Sequence record: SRR22947725_3976
Length of the DNA: 35,822 bases
Direction: 5' to 3' (one strand)
Shown here: in pieces, positions 8,939 through 17,436 of the stretch
Layout: each line of letters begins with the position of its first letter
Position numbering within the stretch: the stretch's first letter is position 1
Program-made: the position numbers and the translations under genes
Notes under the pieces: model-generated
Told to the model about the DNA's origin: nothing
Database searches by the model: none
The model's input: the letters and a program-made list of their open reading frames with translations, nothing else

Positions 8939-11900
8939 ATGAGAATAATAGAATTTAAATTATCTAAAACTCTAACAATCTTTTATCTATTCTTATCCCT
9001 ATTATTCTCTAACATGGCCTTAAGTTCAGAAAAAAATACTAATTATATTAATGAATTAAACACTATTGAATCTTATTATTGGATTGCACTAGAAGAAAAA
9101 GGTAACCACAAACTTTTTTCAAAAGCTTTAAACAAACTTAATGCTTTAGAAAATAAAATTAAAAAAATTACACCTGCAAGTAGTATTCTTCTTAAAATTA
9201 GAGGTTTAAAGGAAGATATTAGACAACAATTAGATATGTCTTCTGATACTTTTTTTGGTATTTTCCCCCTCTCAAGATTTTTTAATAATAACTTTCTTAC
9301 AAATTCTATTGCTTTTGGAACATATGAGTTATTTGACGATTATAATGTGATGTCATCTAATCAAGGTGTCGAAAATTTGTTAAAAACCTTGAAAGAAAAA
9401 GAAAGAAAACAATTAGACGTTATATTTATATCAAACCCTCTTGATTACGCATTAGAGAATGAAGCTTTATACCTTTTTAATCAAAGCCCTCAATTTTTTG
9501 TTCATAACCAAAAAGAAGTAAACGATGCCTTTGTTAAAAATAACTTAAATGAAAACGATATTTCTGACTTTAAATCAGGAAATTTAAATGAAAAGCATTT
9601 GCAATCATTTTTTAAATCTTTTGATACAAACGATCTACTTTTAGTTAATATTGAAAAAAATTCTTCTTTTTTAAAAGATGCTTTTTATGTAATAAAAGGG
9701 TCATATTTCAAGCCTGATCAATTAAAACCGATTAAAATTTATAGAAATATGGGTTTTTCCAGAGATAGGACTAACTTATTAAATCCTATAATATTGTTAA
9801 ATTTTTCATTCTTACTTGTTGCTATCATTCTCGGTTTCATACTATATCGCAAAAAGACAAATTATAACCCAGATAAAAACTTACAATTTCTATCTATTTT
9901 ATCATTAAGTTTCATCATATCTAGATTGTCTCCATATATTGTTATACCTGGTTTAAATTCTATTATTTCAATGCCACCACCAGAAACCTTGGCAATTTTA
10001 AGTTTTTGGTATGTAATAATCATATCCATAATTTTTTTATTCTTACCATTTATTTTTATACATGGACTAAAATTAAAATTTAAAAAATCTGACTATTTTC
10101 AATTGATTTTTAGTAACTCGGGAATAATTGGTATCGTTTTTTCTTTTGGTATAATTTCTTGGTTTATCACTTCGTTTGTCATTTACGAAGGCAGTTTTCA
10201 AAATGCTACTCAGTTTATAATTCCGATTATTATTTTTTCACTAAACTTCTATGAATTTGGGAAAAATATAGATAAATCAGAAATAAAATTTTCAACTTAT
10301 TTTATTGTATTGTTAAGTATTTTATTTTTTATGAGCCTTGTTTCATTAAATTATACATACATTTACATCACATCTTTTTTATTACTAGTTAATTATGCCC
10401 TATCAAAGTTAATGTTTAATAAAAACCAAAGTTCATTTCCATCAAACAAAACAAATAATAAATTAATTAAATGGATACACCCTCATTTAAAGAAAGAAAA
10501 CTTATTAGAAATTAAAAAAACTACTGGGATAAAATTTACTTTTTTAAAAACTATAGATGAAACAAGTGGAAGATTATTAATTAAACAATCTTTAAAAGAC
10601 AATTTCTTGTTTGTAGAGATTGAATGCCACAATGAAAATTCATCTTTTGATTTAATCAATCAACTACTTGAAAAAAAATTTGATGGTACAACTAATCAGT
10701 CTATAGAAGATACAATAGATAGCATTACTAATTTTATACCATTTAGTAGTTTATTAAACATGGCAGTAAACCAATCAAATCAAGAAACCTCCTTGGATCA
10801 TGTACTTGAGGCGGCTAGTTTAGAATTTTTTGATAAACTTAATAACCAAAAGAATGTTTGTATATTAATATCTGGTTTAAATTATTTAGATAAAGAGAGT
10901 TTCAAGTGGTTACGCCAAATTAAAAATTATAATACCAACCTAAATATTAATTTTATTTTTATAGGAACTAAATTATTATCAAACGTAAATTTTAATAATA
11001 CTCTTACACTTGATGATTTGGTCCCTGAAGATTTAATTAATTTCTTGAAACAGGAACTAAATTCTGACCCTATCCTAGCTGAAAAAATAATAGAATATTT
11101 AAATGAAACAGACGATAAAACCACTTTAAACGATATAGAGCTTATTTTTCAAAACTTAAAAAGAAGTAATTCAATTTATTTAGATACTAAATGGCATCTA
11201 GATATAAATAAAAAAATTGAAGATAATATTTTGAAAGATGAAATGATTTCATTAGAAAATACTATAACTGAAAGTTTACAAAACTTTCCTGAATATAAAA
11301 CTTTTCTTATTATATCAGCATGTTTAGGTTATCAATTTAATTTAAAAGTTCTGTCAAATGCTACTGGTTTAAGCTTAATTGAAACAGCTAAAACTATTGA
11401 AGATATAAGTATAAAAACTGGAATAATAGAAAACACTCCTAACGCAAATAATAAAATTAAATTTAGAAATAGGTCTACCTTAGTGACCTTGAATAGTATT
11501 TTTTCTTTAAATGAGACATTAGATAATATTCCTTTAATTCAAAGAACATGTTGTTTTAACGCTGCCATTGCTATTAAAAATTATCACAAAGGATATTCTA
11601 ATGAAAATCAACGAATATTTAATTTATTTGAAAAAAGTGGAACTAATAATTTAACATACACCTTAGATGCTGGTTTAAAGTTAAGTTCAAATTTATGTGT
11701 TTTAAACCAATTTGATAAAGCAAACATAATTATTGAAAAATGTTTGAATTATTTAAAACATTATAATTCAGTAAATAAAAATGATCTTTTTAATCAATTG
11801 TTAATTGAGAAATATTTTATTGAGTTAGAAAAATCGTTTTATAACGGTACAATGATTGAAAAAGAATATCTGTCCAATATTGCCGAAAAATGGCTTGAAT

Positions 11901-12757
11901 ATCGTAATTATAAAAACAAATTAATTTATCCTATTATGCGAACACTTTATAACCTAAGAGATTATAAAGATCTTAAAAGTTTTATTGAAATTGTAAAAAA
12001 AGACCCTGAATTAGATAAGTGGTTAGTGTGTGACATAGAGCATTATACTGCGCTCATTGAAATTCAATTTCATAAAAAATTGGATAAAGGTAAATTATTA
12101 CTATCAAAATGTATAAAGAGTTTATTAAATGAAAATGACAATCAATTTTTATCCGTAAAATCTAGAGTATTTACTACATTCGCTAATCATTTTTCTAGTG
12201 ATAAAAATTCAAAATATTATATTAATGAATCAATTGAAATCAAAAAACAATTAAGTGACAAACCAGGACTAGCAAGATCTTACGGATCCTTATCAAGACT
12301 ATTATTTACTGAGAACCCCATATCTAACGAAACTTTAGAAGCTACTAAACAATGGTTTATAATTAATGAAGAAAACAAAGATATTTTTGGTATAATTTTT
12401 TCTAGAAACTTTTTAGGAAAAATATATTTTAATATTTATAAAACTAATCAATCTAAAAACGATAATTTAAAGAATAGCAAACAACAATTTAATGAAAATA
12501 TCAAACTACTTAACAATAAAATTGATCAGGGAAGTCAAATTCAAATCTTTACGTCATTTGCAGATTTGATGGAAATAGCTAAATTTGAAAAAGATGAAAA
12601 TACGTTTTTAGACTTATCAAGTAAGTTATATAATCTACTTAATAATTTTGAAAAAATAGAAAATAAATTCTTTATAGATATTTTTAAAAATGCTTTTAGT
12701 TCAAAGTTTAAAAATGCGGTTTACTCAAAACAAAATATTAAAGAAATTTTAAGTTAA
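8939..12757 (+). CDS. Large multi-TM protein with degenerate STAND/AAA-like domain, winged helix and TPR-like C-terminus
   Basis: Signal peptide, about 250-aa extracytoplasmic region, about 7 TM helices. Then eroded STAND motifs: KTIDETSGRLLI at the Walker A position, ILISGLNYLDKES at the Walker B position, SACLGYQFNLKVL and IKFRN. TPR-like helices follow (KKQLSDKPGLARSYGSL). Confidence 0.7.
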   Translation: MRIIEFKLSKTLTIFYLFLSLLFSNMALSSEKNTNYINELNTIESYYWIALEEKGNHKLFSKALNKLNALENKIKKITPASSILLKIRGLKEDIRQQLDMSSDTFFGIFPLSRFFNNNFLTNSIAFGTYELFDDYNVMSSNQGVENLLKTLKEKERKQLDVIFISNPLDYALENEALYLFNQSPQFFVHNQKEVNDAFVKNNLNENDISDFKSGNLNEKHLQSFFKSFDTNDLLLVNIEKNSSFLKDAFYVIKGSYFKPDQLKPIKIYRNMGFSRDRTNLLNPIILLNFSFLLVAIILGFILYRKKTNYNPDKNLQFLSILSLSFIISRLSPYIVIPGLNSIISMPPPETLAILSFWYVIIISIIFLFLPFIFIHGLKLKFKKSDYFQLIFSNSGIIGIVFSFGIISWFITSFVIYEGSFQNATQFIIPIIIFSLNFYEFGKNIDKSEIKFSTYFIVLLSILFFMSLVSLNYTYIYITSFLLLVNYALSKLMFNKNQSSFPSNKTNNKLIKWIHPHLKKENLLEIKKTTGIKFTFLKTIDETSGRLLIKQSLKDNFLFVEIECHNENSSFDLINQLLEKKFDGTTNQSIEDTIDSITNFIPFSSLLNMAVNQSNQETSLDHVLEAASLEFFDKLNNQKNVCILISGLNYLDKESFKWLRQIKNYNTNLNINFIFIGTKLLSNVNFNNTLTLDDLVPEDLINFLKQELNSDPILAEKIIEYLNETDDKTTLNDIELIFQNLKRSNSIYLDTKWHLDINKKIEDNILKDEMISLENTITESLQNFPEYKTFLIISACLGYQFNLKVLSNATGLSLIETAKTIEDISIKTGIIENTPNANNKIKFRNRSTLVTLNSIFSLNETLDNIPLIQRTCCFNAAIAIKNYHKGYSNENQRIFNLFEKSGTNNLTYTLDAGLKLSSNLCVLNQFDKANIIIEKCLNYLKHYNSVNKNDLFNQLLIEKYFIELEKSFYNGTMIEKEYLSNIAEKWLEYRNYKNKLIYPIMRTLYNLRDYKDLKSFIEIVKKDPELDKWLVCDIEHYTALIEIQFHKKLDKGKLLLSKCIKSLLNENDNQFLSVKSRVFTTFANHFSSDKNSKYYINESIEIKKQLSDKPGLARSYGSLSRLLFTENPISNETLEATKQWFIINEENKDIFGIIFSRNFLGKIYFNIYKTNQSKNDNLKNSKQQFNENIKLLNNKIDQGSQIQIFTSFADLMEIAKFEKDENTFLDLSSKLYNLLNNFEKIENKFFIDIFKNAFSSKFKNAVYSKQNIKEILS

Positions 12758-12768
12758 ATATTTTTATT

Positions 12769-13167
12769 ATGAACAAAACAAATGAAATTATTCTTTATGC
12801 ATTCAGAGGACTTCCTGGATCTGGTAAAACTACTTTTGCAAAATCACTTAATTTAAAATTCTTTGAAGCAGATCAATATTTTGAAAAATTTAATGATAAT
12901 AAATATGATTTTAAATTACTAAAAAAAGCACATCAATATTGTTATCAATCTGTAAAAGAAGAATTAGAAAATGGAAAATCAGTGATAGTTAGCAACACAA
13001 TGACATCTCAAAAAGAAGTTAAGGAATATCAAGATTTAGCTAAAAAATTAAATGTAAAGTTTGTATCTTTAATTTTAGAAAACAGACACAACGGTAAGTC
13101 AATTCATGACGTGCCTATTTCTTCAATTCAACGCATGAAAGAGAGATTTGATATAAAACTTAATTAG
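12769..13167 (+). CDS. Small P-loop kinase (AAA_33 / polynucleotide-kinase-like)
   Basis: RGLPGSGKTT Walker A, EADQYF, VIVSNT and ENRH..SIHDVP...MKERF; 11 nt downstream of the 1272-aa gene. Confidence 0.85.
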   Translation: MNKTNEIILYAFRGLPGSGKTTFAKSLNLKFFEADQYFEKFNDNKYDFKLLKKAHQYCYQSVKEELENGKSVIVSNTMTSQKEVKEYQDLAKKLNVKFVSLILENRHNGKSIHDVPISSIQRMKERFDIKLN

Positions 13168-13202
13168 ATATTTTTAATTAATTTATTATGATTTTTTATT
13201 AT

Positions 13203-13316
13203 CTAGTATAATTTTCCCATTTCAGTCTCAATTTCTAATAGCTTATCTTCTTTCCCGGCTAATTTGTATATTTCGTTAATTCTATGTCCATGCATTATGA
13301 TATTTAACAAGTTCAT
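13203..13316 (-). pseudogene. Orphan fragment resembling the C-terminal capping helix of the adjacent TPR protein
   Basis: MNLLNIIMHGHRINEIYKLAGKEDKLLEIETEMGKLY* aligns without gaps to NRLLDLYQNNGQKEEMEKVELEIKNL at the end of 13352..17353. Confidence 0.4.
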
Positions 13317-13351
13317 TTTACAATAGAAATGTTTACAGTCAAAAAAAAATA

Positions 13352-16300
13352 TTAGGCAGAAAGATTTTTAATTTCTAATTCAACTTTTTCCATTTCTTCT
13401 TTTTGACCATTGTTTTGATAAAGATCAAGTAAACGATTAAGACTTGAAATCAGTGGTTTTTTAAAATCTTCATCACCATCATTATATAGTTTCCTTCGGA
13501 TATTAATACTTTCAAGAAAAGCTTCACGTGCTTTGTCAAATAAACCCTTTTGTGAATATGTAGTTCCTAATGCTGTTAACACAGAAGATACATCTCCAGA
13601 ATTGTTTTCTTTTCGTCGTATAAGAAGAACTTCTTCCAACAATTTTAACGCTTTTTCTATTTCTTTAGTATTATTTCTTAAAAAAACAGCATAATTCTGT
13701 TTTGTTCTTAAAGTTTCCTCATGTTCATTCCCATGTAAACTTTGAGTGGATTTTAGTAATCTATTATATAATAAATCAGCCTGCTTATAATCTTCTTTAT
13801 CTTCTAAAAAATCGATGAAATTATCTAATTCTTCTAAAGTATCTTCATGCTCAGACCCATAAATATTTTTACAAATTTCTAATGAATTTCTGAAATAAAT
13901 TTCAGCTTTTTCATGTTTTTCATAATTCAAGTATAAATATGCTAAATTACTCGTCACTACCTGGGTGTTACTATGATTTAATCCATAAACTTCTTCATGT
14001 CTTTCTAAGGCTAAAAGATAAAATTTTTCTGCTTCATCATATTTATTTATTTGAGATAACGTGTATGCAAGTGAATTTAAACTATTAAGAGTATCTTTAT
14101 GATTTAAACCTAAATGTTTTTCTCTCAGTTCAAATAATTGTCTTATGTAAAGCTCAGCTTCTTCATATTTTTCGTGTTTATCCAAGAAAAGATTTAAAAA
14201 TTTTAATGCTATTAAATACCTTGGATGGTTTATTCCAAGTTGAATTTCTCTTCCTTTTAGAGCTTTCCTGTATAATTCCTCTGTTTCTTCAACATTTATA
14301 TTTTGCTCATCAAGACAAGATGCTAAATTTAACATTGATGTAAAAGTTTTTGTATCATTAGGGCCATTAACTTTTAATCTTCCTTCTAATGATCTTCTAA
14401 GATATAATTCAGCCTCTTTATATTTATTTAAACCTTGTAATGCTAAACTCAAATTGTTCAAGCAAGTAAATACGGTAGTATGATCTTTACCATTTAATCG
14501 CTCTCTTCTAGGAAGCACTTCGCGAAAAATATTCTCTGACTCAACGTATTTATCTTGATTTAGAAGACAAACCCCAAGTTGATTTAATATAGCCAAAACC
14601 TCATGAGTAACTTGGTCATCTGAATTTTCTTTATAAATTATAAGTAATTCTCGATAAATTTTTTCTGCTTCTACATGATTTTTATCAAAATCTAGTAGAT
14701 TTGCAAAATAACTTAGAACTCTCAAAGTATCTTCATGTTGTTCTCCTTTAATAAATTTAAAAATATCAGTAATTTTTTTTGCGAAGTTTAAGGCAGTTAG
14801 ATACCAACCTGAAACAGCACATAATTGTAAAAACTCCTCTAATATATCTAAGTGTTTTTCTTTTAACTCTCTTTCCATATATTCATTTACAGCCTCTATG
14901 TAGACTTTTCCTTGATCATCATCTCCTATTTTAAGCCAGTATTGCAGTATATCTAAATTTTGTTTTCCAAGATTAAACATTTTACCTAGATACTCTAAAT
15001 CAAGCAGTTTCTCTCGTGCATCGTCAACTTGATTATTGCTTAGTAGATGGTCTACACCAGTTCTATATAAGTAATTGGATATAGATTTTTCATCATCAGG
15101 GCTCATAGCCGCTTTCGCAAAAGCCTTCCTTGCCTGTTCAACTGGATAACTCATTGTTTCAGTTGTTAGAATATGTTCCCTTAGAGATAGATGGTGCAAC
15201 ATGTACCCATCTTCTCCTTCAGGATCCGGTGCACGTCTTAACATACTTGCTATGGCAGCGAGGCCTTTTACAACTAGTTTATCTCCTGCCTCACCGTTAG
15301 GTATTCTATCTCTCAGTCTTAAAAACGTTATTATTTCTTGTTCAGCCAAGGGCTCATTTGCCATTGCTAGTGTGGCCACAAGAGGCGTTAATAGTTCTTT
15401 TAAGGCACCAACACCTAATCCTTCAATAAGCTTTTCATGGTAAGCTGTAAGTCCTTTTGGAAGATTGGCTGTCCCGTCCAGTGGATAGTTACCCTGTTGT
15501 ACATCTTGGGTCACATAATTTACAAAGAGTGGTAGTCCCTCAGCTCTTTTCGCCACAAGATCTATGAATGGATTGACTACTTCATCACCTTTTTCTTTAT
15601 CTCCTGCAAGAAGCTTGTTCCTAAACAAGCCAATACGTTCCAATAACATACTTCTTATATCTTGAGTTTGCATGGCTGGAAGACCATCAGGATAAGGGTT
15701 AATAACTCGAGAGTTACTAAACGCTTTTACAAGTTCTTGTTCAGGACGACCTGAGCAAACCCATGTCACTCTCAGAGTATTTAAGTTCAAAGGTATCTCT
15801 TCAGCAAAGCTAGCGTCTCTCGCAAGCAGTTCATCTAATCCATCTAGAACAAAGACGACCTTCTTATCTTTATTAAGATAATCCAGGCAGGACTTAAGAC
15901 GATCTTCTGCTTTGCCTTTTTCGTCTACCTTAACATTATCGATCAAGGCTTCCATTGCCACTAGTCGCTCAACAGCAAAGGTTGCAAAGGCGTCTCTATT
16001 ACAGCGTGCGTCATCTCCAGATTTAAATCTATAAGGAAGGATGATCTTGTTTTCATCTTTATTATTATCAATAAGATTTTGGGCTAAACGTGCCACTAAA
16101 AACGACTTACCTATTCCAGCTGGGCCTGTAATCCAGACTATCCCCTGCTCTATATCTTTAAAGCTATTTTCTATATGCTCTTGTTCTTCTAAGCGCCCTA
16201 CCATTTGATTGGCATCTTTTTGGATCTCTCGTCCAAAGTCCTGTATCTTAAAGGCTTTTTCTGAAGCTTTTTGATTGGCACGTTTTAAACTAAATAAAGA

Positions 16301-17353
16301 TTGGAAGGCTTCTACAGCAGACACACCTGCTTCGGAGTGGCTAAAGCCTTCTGCGCCTAGAGGCGTAAATTGAAGTTGGACAACGTCTTTGCGAACATAT
16401 ATTTGAGTTGAGTTTACATCTCCTGTATCAACATTTCCTTTTGCATCTGATACTGAAGGATAGCCAAACAATGCCATAGGCCAAAGAGATAAAGTGTTTT
16501 TATCTCTTACAAGCCACACTCCGTCACTGTCACCTTCAAACTGTGATACATCTAAAGTAGGTGCCGCCGTTAGATTGTCTGATGTTCCTTTAAGTTCCAT
16601 AGGAACAGTCTCATCAAGGCCGACGATATTAATATCTGATAACCAACTTAAAGATTCAATCGTCTTTTCAAAAGGTTCCTGCCAAATTCCAATTAAACGC
16701 TCAGCTTCTTTTCTAGTTAATCCTCCTCCATGTGCAAGACGATTACGAAGTTTGAGGAATGAGGTGTCGGCTGTGCCCGGATTGTCTGGCCCATAGAGTA
16801 ATGTTTTTAAGGTTTCATTTACATACTTATCTATCTCAGGAAGCATAAGTGTCTGTTTACTTTTAGTTTGTGCAAGAGATATCGCCATAGATAGCCACGC
16901 ACCTAGCGTAGGCATTTCAATTTTACCCCAGAGCTCTTTTAATAGTTTATCATCTAATTCGCCATGTTGCCTTCTATCAGCTGCACCTATAATAACCAAG
17001 AACTTAAGTAAGAGTTCAATAGCATCACAGGCCGCCCAAAGTTTCATGCCAGGATGGTCTTCTTCAGCGTATTCATGAAGCGGTATGGCTATAACTTGAG
17101 GAAGATCTCTAATAAAATTAGAAAAAGAACTGGATGATTTGTTGGCGTCAGAAGTTGTTGATACATCATTTGAAGAAGCATCATTATTAAGAGAAGCGAT
17201 GGCAGCAAGAAGCTTTTTACGGTGCGGAGTAAGAACTCCTAATTCTTTGAGATCATCGTCGGTAAATTCAACTAAGTCTTCTAAAGGAAATTCTGAAAGC
17301 GTATCAGCATAACGCGATAAGCCTATTTCTTCTAATAAATATATTATATCCAT
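13352..17353 (-). CDS. NLR-like STAND protein: SAM domain, RxxxxH (HEPN-like) region, NACHT/AAA NTPase, TPR repeats
   Basis: SAM: LEEIGLSRY...TDDDLKELGV..PHRKKLLAAI. LRNRLAHG at 16730-16747. Walker A GPAGIGKS at 16103-16126. Walker B VFVLDGLDEL. AEGLPLFV (GxP). Kinesin-light-chain-type repeats of about 42 aa (G.xH.xT...LNNL...EAE..Y). Confidence 0.88.
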   Translation of the reverse strand: MDIIYLLEEIGLSRYADTLSEFPLEDLVEFTDDDLKELGVLTPHRKKLLAAIASLNNDASSNDVSTTSDANKSSSSFSNFIRDLPQVIAIPLHEYAEEDHPGMKLWAACDAIELLLKFLVIIGAADRRQHGELDDKLLKELWGKIEMPTLGAWLSMAISLAQTKSKQTLMLPEIDKYVNETLKTLLYGPDNPGTADTSFLKLRNRLAHGGGLTRKEAERLIGIWQEPFEKTIESLSWLSDINIVGLDETVPMELKGTSDNLTAAPTLDVSQFEGDSDGVWLVRDKNTLSLWPMALFGYPSVSDAKGNVDTGDVNSTQIYVRKDVVQLQFTPLGAEGFSHSEAGVSAVEAFQSLFSLKRANQKASEKAFKIQDFGREIQKDANQMVGRLEEQEHIENSFKDIEQGIVWITGPAGIGKSFLVARLAQNLIDNNKDENKIILPYRFKSGDDARCNRDAFATFAVERLVAMEALIDNVKVDEKGKAEDRLKSCLDYLNKDKKVVFVLDGLDELLARDASFAEEIPLNLNTLRVTWVCSGRPEQELVKAFSNSRVINPYPDGLPAMQTQDIRSMLLERIGLFRNKLLAGDKEKGDEVVNPFIDLVAKRAEGLPLFVNYVTQDVQQGNYPLDGTANLPKGLTAYHEKLIEGLGVGALKELLTPLVATLAMANEPLAEQEIITFLRLRDRIPNGEAGDKLVVKGLAAIASMLRRAPDPEGEDGYMLHHLSLREHILTTETMSYPVEQARKAFAKAAMSPDDEKSISNYLYRTGVDHLLSNNQVDDAREKLLDLEYLGKMFNLGKQNLDILQYWLKIGDDDQGKVYIEAVNEYMERELKEKHLDILEEFLQLCAVSGWYLTALNFAKKITDIFKFIKGEQHEDTLRVLSYFANLLDFDKNHVEAEKIYRELLIIYKENSDDQVTHEVLAILNQLGVCLLNQDKYVESENIFREVLPRRERLNGKDHTTVFTCLNNLSLALQGLNKYKEAELYLRRSLEGRLKVNGPNDTKTFTSMLNLASCLDEQNINVEETEELYRKALKGREIQLGINHPRYLIALKFLNLFLDKHEKYEEAELYIRQLFELREKHLGLNHKDTLNSLNSLAYTLSQINKYDEAEKFYLLALERHEEVYGLNHSNTQVVTSNLAYLYLNYEKHEKAEIYFRNSLEICKNIYGSEHEDTLEELDNFIDFLEDKEDYKQADLLYNRLLKSTQSLHGNEHEETLRTKQNYAVFLRNNTKEIEKALKLLEEVLLIRRKENNSGDVSSVLTALGTTYSQKGLFDKAREAFLESINIRRKLYNDGDEDFKKPLISSLNRLLDLYQNNGQKEEMEKVELEIKNLSA

Positions 17354-17436
17354 AATATTAATAGTTTATTTTAGTATAATTAAAATATATTGTTTATGTT
17401 AAGTATTAGGAGTTATTCGTCAATAGGTATAATTTT

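Noticed and set aside
13500-14760. Roughly 126-nt periodicity, considered as a possible diversity-generating retroelement target
   Set aside because: These are ordinary diverged TPR repeats; no template/variable repeat pair differing at adenines and no reverse transcriptase in the window.
16300-17190. Adenylate/guanylate cyclase domain after the SAM domain
   Set aside because: No class III cyclase motifs (hhFxDh, GDG, G..VN.AARL) are visible.
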